Shown here piece by piece: positions 29,857-38,347 of a stretch of DNA of 64,000 nucleotides. The notes under the pieces are model-generated. The model did not search any database and was not told where the DNA came from. It was given only the letters and a program-made list of their open reading frames with translations. Source of the stretch: an uncultured Chloroflexia bacterium. Lineage in GTDB: Bacteria > Chloroflexota > Anaerolineae > CG2-30-64-16. Location: assembly GCA_963774265.1 (NCBI GenBank), contig CAVZDU010000003.1, positions 192,001 through 256,000 on the forward strand, read 5' to 3'. Position 1 is the stretch's first letter, and the number at the start of each line of letters is the position of its first letter. The position numbers and the translations under genes were made by a program.

Positions 29857-32154
29857 ATGGCCGAACCTCTCCGCTCTTCAGTGGGGCAGTTCAGCAGCTC
29901 GGGCGGGCGTTGGCAGCCGCGCGGCCAGAACCTGCGCGCGGTTGAACCGGCGCTCGATCATCCGCGGGCGGAACGGGGCAGCCTGTACATTCTCATCGAG
30001 GTGACCGGCGCTGGCGGCGGTCACGCGGCCCTGTATCGACAACTTCTGACCGCAGCCCAGACGGCTTTCTATGAAGTAGGCGACACCGTGGAGGTCGCGT
30101 TGCGACAGGCGGTCCGCGAGGTGCAGGCCGTTCTACGGCGCGCCAACGAGGCGCTGCCCGAGGCGCAATGGCGCGCGGGGCTGAGCATGGTGGTGCGCTA
30201 CGGTCCTCACCTGGTCATTGGCCAGGCTGGGCCTGCGCTGCTGTTGGTCAGTCACCCCAAGACCGTAGACGTGTTCCCCGCCAAGCAGGGCGAGTCTGGC
30301 CCTGCGCTGGGTGGTCTGGAGCGTCCCGAGATGGTCGTCTACGACGGCAACGTCGAGCCGGGCAGCATGGTGCTGATGGCGCAGAGCGACTGGACAGAGC
30401 AGGCCAAACTGGAGGCGCTGGCTGTAGCCGCGGCTGCTCCGAGCGTGAGTCAGGCGACGCAATACCTGGGCCAACTGGCCGGCCGCGCCGACCTGAGCGC
30501 GTTACTCATCGCGTTCGATTATGACATCCCTTCTGTAAAGGCAGGTGCGGACGGCCTCAGACCCCTTGAGGGTGGCGCAACCGGCGTTATGGCAGAGGCT
30601 GAACAGCCCCCGGCTGAACCTGTCAGGCCGCAGGGCAAGGGATTGTTCGGCGGGTTGTTTGGCAGGGGTCGGCCGGCAGAGCGCGTTGAGCCGGAAACAG
30701 CCGAGGAGGCGCGGCTCGACACGGAGAGGGAGCTGGAATCCGAACCTGAGCTTGAAGTCATCATTCCGTCTGCGGTGAAGCCAACGATCACACCGTCATC
30801 CCCTGCCGTCATATCCGAGCCAGCCCCATCGCTCGAGGAGAGACGCGCTGCCGCGGCAGCTGAGGAACGCCAGCGAACGGCGTGGGAGCAGAGAGTCGCA
30901 GTGGAGTCCGAGGCGCCCGACGCGGCGGAGTCCGCACCCCTCGAATCGGAGCCGCTGGAGCTGTCCGCACCTCCGCGCCGCAGCGCGTGGCCGCTTGTGC
31001 TGGCTTTGATCTTTATCCCCCTGTTGATCGTGGCTGTCGTGGTGGGCATGTTGTTCGCCCGCACACGTGCCGCGGATGCCCAGTTTGCCGAAGTGCTGGC
31101 GGGAGCAAACAACGTCATCAGCCAGGCCGAGCAATCCGCCGACGATGCCATCGCAGCCCAGCGGCTCGCAGGGGCCAAGGAGTTCCTGGATCAGGCCAAG
31201 GCGCTGCGACCGAACGATGCCCAGTTGACCGAGATGGTTACCCGCTACGAAAACCTGGTCATGCGAGTGGAGAAGATTACTCCTTTGTATGGGATCGTGC
31301 CGCTGTGGCCGTTCAAGGCGGAGGCAGGCCATCAACTCGACCGCGTGATGGTGACCGGCGAATCGGTGTTTGTCCTGGACAGGGCGACTAACCAGGTCAA
31401 TCGCTTCACCCGCTCGACATTGGGTGACAGCGTCAAACCCGCGGGCGACAGACCAGTGGTGCAAAAGGGCGACCCGGTGGGTGATAAGACTCTTGGCGAC
31501 CTGATCGACATGACGTGGATCGACGCGGCAACCGCGAACCAGCGGAGCATGTTGCACGTGCTAGACGCGACCGGTGAGCTGGTGGGCTATGATGAAGTGT
31601 ACGGGCAGAAGCGGCTCATCATCAACCGGGCGAAGTGGGTCACGGCGCAGCTCATCTCGGGGTACAACGGCAACCTGTACGTGGCCGATCCTGGTGCGGA
31701 TCAAGTCTGGCGTTATGCTCCGACTGCGAACGGCTACGAAGGCGAACCCACCGCCTGGTTTGAGGATGCCAAAAAGCCTGATATGGCGGGCCTGGTTGGT
31801 ATGGCCATCGATGGACACATCTGGTTGCTGCACTCGGACGGCCGGCTGCTAAAATTCTTGAGCGGCGAACAACGTTCATTTGTGTTGGATCAGCTACCGA
31901 CCCCGCTCAACGGCCCAACTGCGTTGGCACTGTCGCAGGAAGGGGACCGGTTGTATGTGGCTGACCCCGGCAATAGCCGCATCATCGAGGCGACCAAGGA
32001 TGGCAAGTTCCTGCGCCAGTTCAAAGCGCGCGAAGGAACACTCCTTTCCGGCGTCCGTCACCTGTTCCTGGACGAATCCAAGGGGATGTTCTACATCCTG
32101 ACCGCCGATGAGCTGTACAAAGCCAGCGTCCCGCAGGCGGCGCAGACCCCTTAA
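29857..32154 (+). CDS. Bitopic membrane protein: degenerate PP2C-like N-terminus, Pro/Glu-rich linker, TM helix, NHL-like beta-propeller
   Basis: Single TM (WPLVLALIFIPLLIVAVVVGMLF); LYVADPG repeats and GKFLRQF. The N-terminal fold assignment is tentative. Confidence 0.6.
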   Translation: MAEPLRSSVGQFSSSGGRWQPRGQNLRAVEPALDHPRAERGSLYILIEVTGAGGGHAALYRQLLTAAQTAFYEVGDTVEVALRQAVREVQAVLRRANEALPEAQWRAGLSMVVRYGPHLVIGQAGPALLLVSHPKTVDVFPAKQGESGPALGGLERPEMVVYDGNVEPGSMVLMAQSDWTEQAKLEALAVAAAAPSVSQATQYLGQLAGRADLSALLIAFDYDIPSVKAGADGLRPLEGGATGVMAEAEQPPAEPVRPQGKGLFGGLFGRGRPAERVEPETAEEARLDTERELESEPELEVIIPSAVKPTITPSSPAVISEPAPSLEERRAAAAAEERQRTAWEQRVAVESEAPDAAESAPLESEPLELSAPPRRSAWPLVLALIFIPLLIVAVVVGMLFARTRAADAQFAEVLAGANNVISQAEQSADDAIAAQRLAGAKEFLDQAKALRPNDAQLTEMVTRYENLVMRVEKITPLYGIVPLWPFKAEAGHQLDRVMVTGESVFVLDRATNQVNRFTRSTLGDSVKPAGDRPVVQKGDPVGDKTLGDLIDMTWIDAATANQRSMLHVLDATGELVGYDEVYGQKRLIINRAKWVTAQLISGYNGNLYVADPGADQVWRYAPTANGYEGEPTAWFEDAKKPDMAGLVGMAIDGHIWLLHSDGRLLKFLSGEQRSFVLDQLPTPLNGPTALALSQEGDRLYVADPGNSRIIEATKDGKFLRQFKAREGTLLSGVRHLFLDESKGMFYILTADELYKASVPQAAQTP

Positions 32155-32172
32155 CAATCATCCTACGGAACC

Positions 32173-32216
32173 AAAAAGCCAGGCGCGCCGTCTCTTGTGA
32201 GGCGGCGCTGCTTTTT
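32173..32216. terminator. Intrinsic terminator
   Basis: GCGCCGTCTC-TTGT-GAGGCGGCGC stem flanked by an A-tract and a T-tract. Confidence 0.65.
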
Positions 32217-32283
32217 GCGCGTTAGCGCGGGCCGCGCCCGCAATCTTTGGGTCGAAACATCCTTCAAGGTATAATTGATTGCC

Positions 32284-33714
32284 ATGTCTGAAAATCAGCC
32301 TTCATCGAGCCGCCGATCGTTGTGGTCGGGGCTCATACTCGGTGGATTGCTCACCGTTTTCGTAGCGATGTTAGCCTACGTCGCTTACCTGTTTCTTTCC
32401 TGGGGGCAGGTTGCTGCACAGCAAGCCCCCGAGATGGCGCCGCTTGCCTTGCCGCAGATCATGCGACCGGCAGCTGAGAACGCAGTCCAACTGACCTCAG
32501 CCGAGTCGTCCCTCTTCCGGCCGGCGGGCCGCGCTCAGCAGGATGAGCCGGCTGCAGCCGTAAAACGCACGACCATCTTGCTGTTGGGCGTTGACGCACG
32601 CCCCGGGCAGACGATCGCACGCACGGATTCCATTATCTTGCTGACTTTCAACCCCGAAACAAGTGCAGCGGGCATGTTGTCGATCCCTCGCGACTTGAAG
32701 GTGCGGCCGACTGCACTGAATCGCGACATGAAGATCACCTCGGTGTTCCCCGCAGGTGAGGCGGCAGGCTATCCCGGCGGGGGCCCGGCGCTGCTTGAAG
32801 AGACGATCAGTGAGCTGCTGGGCTACTCGGTCGACTACTACGTAGTAGTCAACTTCGACGGTTTCAAAGACATTATAGACCTGATTGGCGGCGTCGAGAT
32901 CACTGTGCCGTACGAGATCTATGACGACAAGTACCCCGATGAGAAATACGGCTATCTACCGCCAGTGCATTTCCTTCCTGGCAAGCAACTCATGGACGGT
33001 GACACGGCGCTGAAATATGCGCGCACCCGCCATGCCGACAACGACTACGCGCGCGCCGGGCGCCAACAACAGGTCATCATGGCCATCAAGGATAAAGTGA
33101 CGGCGCAAGGACAGATGGCGGCCCTGCTGCCGCGGCTCCCGGGTCTGGCTGTGGCCATGGCCAACTCGGTTCAGACGGATGTGTCGGTCGACAAGGCGAT
33201 TGGCCTGGCGCGTGCCATTGATAAGATGGATTTGAACAATATCGCGCGCGTCGTCATCGATCCGAAGATGGGCCGCGTCATACCGAATGACCCGGAGCTG
33301 GGCTACACGCTCGTGCCTGACCTGACGAAGGTGCGCGCGGCCGCGGATGCGATCTTCGCCGATGTTGCGGCGGGGCCATCCCCGGAAGAGGTGGCTCGCC
33401 AGACAATCCAGGCCGAGGCTGCACGCATCGTGCTGCTCAACGGTACGCAGGAGAAAGGTCTGGCCTCGAAACTGCAAGCCACGCTGATCACCCAGGGCTA
33501 CAACGTTACCACCGTAGGCAACGCGGATAATGCGGATTACGGCGAGTCCGAGCTGGTGATCCATGGGGAGATTAAGACAGCCACCGTGAATGCCCTGATG
33601 AATTGGTTTGGTATCACGGAGGATCGGGTGAGCACCCAGCCGGCTGCGGAGGACAGGGATATCACCGTAGTCGTCGGTGACGATCAAGTGCAGGCGCAAC
33701 TGGCGAAACCCTGA
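32284..33714 (+). CDS. LCP (LytR-CpsA-Psr) family protein with LytR C-terminal domain
   Basis: ILLLGVD, RTDSIIL, SIPRDL, ALKYARTRH, DYARAGRQQ, VLLNGT. Confidence 0.92.
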   Translation: MSENQPSSSRRSLWSGLILGGLLTVFVAMLAYVAYLFLSWGQVAAQQAPEMAPLALPQIMRPAAENAVQLTSAESSLFRPAGRAQQDEPAAAVKRTTILLLGVDARPGQTIARTDSIILLTFNPETSAAGMLSIPRDLKVRPTALNRDMKITSVFPAGEAAGYPGGGPALLEETISELLGYSVDYYVVVNFDGFKDIIDLIGGVEITVPYEIYDDKYPDEKYGYLPPVHFLPGKQLMDGDTALKYARTRHADNDYARAGRQQQVIMAIKDKVTAQGQMAALLPRLPGLAVAMANSVQTDVSVDKAIGLARAIDKMDLNNIARVVIDPKMGRVIPNDPELGYTLVPDLTKVRAAADAIFADVAAGPSPEEVARQTIQAEAARIVLLNGTQEKGLASKLQATLITQGYNVTTVGNADNADYGESELVIHGEIKTATVNALMNWFGITEDRVSTQPAAEDRDITVVVGDDQVQAQLAKP

Positions 33715-33782
33715 GCCCCGGGCGAGCATATGACAGCCGTCATTGCGGTTTGCACCCTCGTGTGGTAACACGAGGGTACTCG

Positions 33783-34160
33783 ATGTTAAAGGCTGGTGTC
33801 ATGCAGCTTCGCGATGTGCTGGCGGCCCTGGGAGCTCGCCCCATCTCCCCTAATGTCAATCTGTGCACCGAAGTACGAGCAGGGTTTGCGGCTGACTTGA
33901 TGAGCGACGCGCTTCGTTATGATTTGTCAGAGGCCCTGCTGGTGTCAGGGTTGGCGAATCCCCAAGTGGTGCGCACGGCCGAGATGGCCGATGTGGCCGC
34001 CATCCTGATGGTGCGGGGCAAAACTCCGACCCCGGAAACCTTAGAACTGGCCGCGGAAATCGGCGTTCCCTTTTTGGGCACCGAATTGACGATGTTTGAA
34101 TCGTGTGGTCGTCTGTACGCCGCCGGCCTGCCAGCCTGCAAGGCTTTTCACGGCAACTAA
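33783..34160 (+). CDS. DRTGG domain protein
   Basis: AADLMSDAL, GLANPQVVRTAEMAD, VRGK, MFESCGRLY. Confidence 0.85.
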   Translation: MLKAGVMQLRDVLAALGARPISPNVNLCTEVRAGFAADLMSDALRYDLSEALLVSGLANPQVVRTAEMADVAAILMVRGKTPTPETLELAAEIGVPFLGTELTMFESCGRLYAAGLPACKAFHGN

Positions 34161-35113
34161 TGAGCCCATCTGAAGTATTCAAAGCCCAGGAGTTAGTCTA
34201 CGAGCTAAAGATCGGCGATATCATGACGCGCCGATTGATCAGCGTGACCCCTGAGACAACGATGCGCGAGGTGAAGCAGGTGCTGCGCGACCATCGCATC
34301 TCTGGCCTGCCGGTCATGCGAGACAATCACCTTGTGGGCATCGTCAGCATCGAGAATGTGATTCAGGCCCTCGAGCTGAATGACCTGGACGCAGATGTCA
34401 ATCGTTACATGTCGAGCCTGGTTCACACCATCGGTGAGAGCGAGTCCGCGGTCCGCGCGCTGAACGTTTTTTCGCGCGCTGCAGTCGGCCGGCTGCCTGT
34501 GGTGGACGAAGAGAGGCGGCTGGTTGGCATCCTGACGCCGGGAGATATTACGCGCGGGGTGTTGCGCGCGTTGGAGCGGGCGTATCACGAGGAAGAGATC
34601 CGCAAATATCGCGTGCGTCATCTTTTCGAGGACGTCAGCTCGGACCGGACGAGTCTGATCCTGCGCTATGATATCGCCTTGCGAGACTTTACCCGTGCTG
34701 GCCGCGCATCCAGCCAACTCAAGCAGACGCTTGTCCGGCTGGGTGTGGATCCCCGCATCGTCCGCCGCGTAGCGATCGTGTCCTACGAAGCCGAGATGAA
34801 CATCGTCATTCACAGCGACAGCGGCGGCAACATCGTGGCGGAAATCAACCCTGACCTGATCGCGATCCTGGCGTATGACTCGGGCCCCGGTATTGAAGAC
34901 GTGCAGCGCGCCATGCAGCCCGGCTGGAGCACTGCGCCGGACTGGATTCGTGAGATGGGCTTTGGCGCGGGCATGGGGCTGGTCAACATCAAAGCGACGG
35001 CCGATGAAATGTACCTTGATTCATGGCCGCACAAGAGCACCAAACTGGAAGCTGTCATCTATCTGAAACCCGGGGAGGGTAAGACAAGCAATGAGACTGA
35101 CGGAAGTAGTTGA
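34160..35113 (+). CDS. CBS-pair plus HATPase (anti-sigma/Ser kinase-like) fusion
   Basis: Two CBS repeats (ISGLPV, VGRLPVVD), then YEAEMN, DSGPGI and GFGAGMGL. Confidence 0.85.
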   Translation: MSPSEVFKAQELVYELKIGDIMTRRLISVTPETTMREVKQVLRDHRISGLPVMRDNHLVGIVSIENVIQALELNDLDADVNRYMSSLVHTIGESESAVRALNVFSRAAVGRLPVVDEERRLVGILTPGDITRGVLRALERAYHEEEIRKYRVRHLFEDVSSDRTSLILRYDIALRDFTRAGRASSQLKQTLVRLGVDPRIVRRVAIVSYEAEMNIVIHSDSGGNIVAEINPDLIAILAYDSGPGIEDVQRAMQPGWSTAPDWIREMGFGAGMGLVNIKATADEMYLDSWPHKSTKLEAVIYLKPGEGKTSNETDGSS

Positions 35114-35426
35114 CGCGCTGGATCTGCGCGTGGCCTCAGGAGCCAGCCATCTCGACGTCGAAGTGACCGGTGGTTACACCTCCGATCTGTTGAGTTGCGC
35201 GATGGCAGGTGCTGCCCAGGGCAGCCTGTGGATCACTCTGCAGGCGCATCTGAACGTGGTGGCCGTGGCAAGCCTGAACGAGCTGGCCGGTGTGATTGTG
35301 ACCGAGGGGAAGCCGGTGTCGAATGAGACAGCCCTCAAGGCTGAGGAAGAAGGCGTGGCGCTACTCTTGACCCCGCTGACTTCGTACCAGGTTGCGGGGC
35401 GGCTCTGGGATCTGGGGGTCAGGTGA
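35091..35426 (+). CDS. DRTGG/HPr-kinase N-terminal-like protein
   Basis: GGYTSDLLS, WITLQAHLNVVAVA. Confidence 0.8.
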   Translation: MRLTEVVDALDLRVASGASHLDVEVTGGYTSDLLSCAMAGAAQGSLWITLQAHLNVVAVASLNELAGVIVTEGKPVSNETALKAEEEGVALLLTPLTSYQVAGRLWDLGVR

Positions 35427-36151
35427 TCTACGCTGATCTGCACCTGCACACCGTCCTGTCGCCGTGCGCCGAGGTGGAGATGGTGCCGCCGCTCATCGTC
35501 CGGCGGGCGCTGGCGCTGGGGTTGGGGCTTCTTGCGGTCACCGACCATAACGCGGCAGCGAATTGCGCGGCAATGATGGCCGCGGCAGAGGGCACAGGGC
35601 TGGTGGTCCTGCCCGGGATGGAGATGCAGACCGCGGAGGAGGTGCATTTGCTGTGCCTCTTCGAGACGCTCGAACAGGCACTCACGTGGCAGGGTACGGT
35701 CTTCGACCATCTGCCGGACGCGCCGAACCCGGAGGATCTTCTGGGCGGGCAGTATGTGGTGGACCGCGAGGGCGACTATGTGCGGACCGAGGACCGGCTG
35801 CTCGCGACGTCGACTGATTTGGCGCTGGAAGAGGCGATTCGTCGGGTGACAGCCCTTGGGGGGCTGGCTATCCCCGCGCACATCGACCGGCCATCCTTTA
35901 GCCTGCTCTCGAACCTGGGATTTGTGCCGCCGGCCCTCCCTGCACCGGCGCTGGAGATCTTCCGCCTGACGGAGCCCGCCGAATTGCTCGCAAAGCATCC
36001 GGCCGTTGGCCGGTATCCCCTGGTCAGGAATAGCGACGCGCACCAGTTGAGCGATATGCGGCGCGGGATTGCGTTTGAGGCGGAGACCGCCTCATTCGGA
36101 ACGTTGCAGGCTGCATTGGCGAGACCGGACGGTGTCTCCCTGCAAGCCTGA
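35423..36151 (+). CDS. PHP domain phosphoesterase
   Basis: DLHLHT, TDHN, EEVH, PAHIDR, NSDAH. Confidence 0.88.
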   Translation: MIYADLHLHTVLSPCAEVEMVPPLIVRRALALGLGLLAVTDHNAAANCAAMMAAAEGTGLVVLPGMEMQTAEEVHLLCLFETLEQALTWQGTVFDHLPDAPNPEDLLGGQYVVDREGDYVRTEDRLLATSTDLALEEAIRRVTALGGLAIPAHIDRPSFSLLSNLGFVPPALPAPALEIFRLTEPAELLAKHPAVGRYPLVRNSDAHQLSDMRRGIAFEAETASFGTLQAALARPDGVSLQA

Positions 36152-36198
36152 CGGTCCAGCGAGGTATGACATGCGTCATTTTACGTTATGGCGCGATA

Positions 36199-36237
36199 TG
36201 TTATACTGCACAATTGCCTACGTGGCATATTTCACGA
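36199..36237 (+). promoter_or_regulatory. Extended -10 and candidate Rex operator upstream of nuoE
   Basis: TGTTATACT at 36199-36207; ACGTGGCATATTTCACGA at 36220-36237 resembles TTGTGAA-N4-TTCACAA. Confidence 0.4.
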
Positions 36238-36253
36238 TCGGACGATCCTGCTC

Positions 36254-36727
36254 ATGATTGAAGACCTCACGACTCTCGATTTCGCTCCCCTGGACAAGGT
36301 CCTTGAGGAGTACGCCGGCCAGAAGGGCGCAGTCATCCCTATCCTGCAGCATGTTCAGGATGCCTACGGATTCCTGCCCAAGGAGGTCCTGGGCGAGATC
36401 TCGAAGCGGACGGGCATCCCGGTGAGCCGGCTGATCGGGGTGGCGACTTTCTACGCCCAATTCCGGCTGAACCGCTGCGGTAAGCACCTGATTCGCATCT
36501 GTGATGGCACCGCCTGTCATGTCCGCGGCGCGTCCAAGTGCATCGAGACAGTGGAGAAACAACTTGGTGTGCCCGCCGGCGGCACATCTGATGATTACGA
36601 GTACACGATGGAAATCGTCTACTGCCTGGGTTCCTGCGGCCTGGCGCCAGTGGCGGTGATTGACGACAAGGTGTACGGCCGTTTGACGCCGAACGTCCTC
36701 GTACAGCAACTCGAGACGCTTGGATAG
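36254..36727 (+). CDS. NuoE/HydC-like [2Fe-2S] subunit
   Basis: VATFYAQF, CDGTACHVRG, CLGSCGLAP. Confidence 0.92.
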   Translation: MIEDLTTLDFAPLDKVLEEYAGQKGAVIPILQHVQDAYGFLPKEVLGEISKRTGIPVSRLIGVATFYAQFRLNRCGKHLIRICDGTACHVRGASKCIETVEKQLGVPAGGTSDDYEYTMEIVYCLGSCGLAPVAVIDDKVYGRLTPNVLVQQLETLG

Positions 36728-36889
36728 TAGGGGAGTTGCGCGCCCGTAGGGGTGTTGCATGCCCGTAGAGACGTTGCATGCCCGTAGGGGCGTTGCATGC
36801 CCGTAGAGACGTTGACATGCCCGTAGAGACGTTGACATGCCCGTAGAGACGTTGCATGCCCGTAGAGACGTTGCATGCAACGTCTCTAC
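36727..36889. repeat. Seven tandem 19-20 bp REP half-sites ending in a complete 28-bp palindrome
   Basis: Units GTAGRGRYGTTG(A)CATGCCC x7 (the first is degenerate), then GTAGAGACGTTGCATGCAACGTCTCTAC at 36862-36889, identical to 569-596. Confidence 0.92.
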
Positions 36890-36902
36890 AGAGTCATAGA
36901 TT

Positions 36903-37478
36903 ATGCTGGAGCTGGCTCTGCACATACTGGATATCCTGCAAAATACGGTCGAGGCCGGCGCAACTCGCGTCAGACTCAGCATCGTGGAGGATCAGCCCGC
37001 AGACCGCCTGACTATCACCGTGACCGACAATGGACGCGGAATGGACGAACAAACCGCGCGGCGGGTGCTGAACCCCTTCTACACCACCCGCACAACTCGT
37101 CACGTGGGCCTTGGATTGCCGCTGTTTGCCGCCGCAGCGGAGGGAGCCGGCGGAGGACTGAGCATCCGCTCGCAGCCAGGACAGGGGACTACGGTCGAAA
37201 CCACGTTTCAACTGAGTCACCCAGACCGGCAGCCGCTCGGTGATATGGCGGGGACGCTGCTGGCATTTCTTCTGACCGGGCAGGCGCCGGATCTCGTGTA
37301 TGCGCATCACGTGCTCACCAACCAGGTTTCTGCCAGCAACCTGGTTAGTGAGAACGAATTTTCATTTGACATCGCCGACATTCGTGCCGAACTTGACGGC
37401 GTGCCACTGAATCAACCCCGGGTGGCGCAGTGGCTGGCGGAGTTCTTGGCCGAAGGCGAAGCAGAACTCATTCATTGA
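36903..37478 (+). CDS. HATPase_c (histidine kinase-like ATPase) protein
   Basis: ELALHILDILQN, DNGRGM, PFYTTRTTRHVGLGL, HPDRQPLG. Confidence 0.88.
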   Translation: MLELALHILDILQNTVEAGATRVRLSIVEDQPADRLTITVTDNGRGMDEQTARRVLNPFYTTRTTRHVGLGLPLFAAAAEGAGGGLSIRSQPGQGTTVETTFQLSHPDRQPLGDMAGTLLAFLLTGQAPDLVYAHHVLTNQVSASNLVSENEFSFDIADIRAELDGVPLNQPRVAQWLAEFLAEGEAELIH

Positions 37479-37488
37479 GGTAAACCAT

Positions 37489-37863
37489 ATGCCCAAGCTC
37501 AAGTCCCTGGATGACCTGAGGCGCATCCGTGAGGACGCGCAACAAACCCTGAAGACACGACTGGACACCGGTACGACCATCATCGTGGGCATGGGCACCT
37601 GCGGCATCGCGGCCGGTGCGCGCGACACGATGCACGCCATCCTGGATGAGCTGGCCCAGCGCAATATTGACGCCCACGTGACCACCGTCGGCTGCATCGG
37701 CCAGTGCGTCAAGGAGCCATTGGTCGATATCGAACAGGCAGGCCAGCCGCGCATCACGTATGCCAACGTCCGGCCTGATATGGTGTCACGCCTGATCGAA
37801 GAGCATCTGATAAATGGCCAGCCGGTCGAAGAGTGGATCGTCGGCCGTATGGATAAGAATTGA
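37489..37863 (+). CDS. Thioredoxin-like [2Fe-2S] ferredoxin (HydD-like)
   Basis: VGMGTCGIAAGA, VGCIGQCVKEP. Confidence 0.88.
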   Translation: MPKLKSLDDLRRIREDAQQTLKTRLDTGTTIIVGMGTCGIAAGARDTMHAILDELAQRNIDAHVTTVGCIGQCVKEPLVDIEQAGQPRITYANVRPDMVSRLIEEHLINGQPVEEWIVGRMDKN

Positions 37864-37877
37864 CAGGGGAGCAGCCA

Positions 37878-38345
37878 ATGGAACAATTCAACAGCATCGA
37901 GGCCGTGATCAATCGGGCGATCGAGCTCGAGGTCGAGGCCGTGACCATGTACAGCAATGCAGCACAGACGATCAAGGATGACGCCGTGCGCCAGCGTCTG
38001 CTGGAGATGGCCGCGCAGGAGCGGGGACACAAGACCAAGCTGGAGGATATCCTCGCGGGCAACGTGCGCTGGGCCATCCGGCGCTCCAAGGCCGAGCCGG
38101 TGACAGACCTGCGCCTGAGCGATCACCTGGTCGGCGGGTCGCTGGATCCCAAGGCCGACTACCAGGACGTGCTCCTCTTTGCCGCGCAGCGCGAGAAGGC
38201 CGCACACGAATTCTACAAGGCAATGGGTGAGATGATCGACGACAAGCTCGTCCAGAACCTCTTCGAGATGCTGGCCACCGAAGAACTGCGCCATAAGTAC
38301 GTGCTTGAAAAGACGTACGAAGAGGTTGTTTACAAGGACATCTAA
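37878..38345 (+). CDS. Ferritin-like (rubrerythrin family) di-iron protein
   Basis: E..A...Y / ERGH and E..A..FY / ELRH paired motifs; no rubredoxin Cys. Confidence 0.8.
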   Translation: MEQFNSIEAVINRAIELEVEAVTMYSNAAQTIKDDAVRQRLLEMAAQERGHKTKLEDILAGNVRWAIRRSKAEPVTDLRLSDHLVGGSLDPKADYQDVLLFAAQREKAAHEFYKAMGEMIDDKLVQNLFEMLATEELRHKYVLEKTYEEVVYKDI

Positions 38346-38347
38346 GC

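Noticed and set aside
36727-36889. CRISPR array interpretation of the tandem repeats (also 569-674)
   Set aside because: Units abut with no unique spacers, and there are no cas genes in the window.
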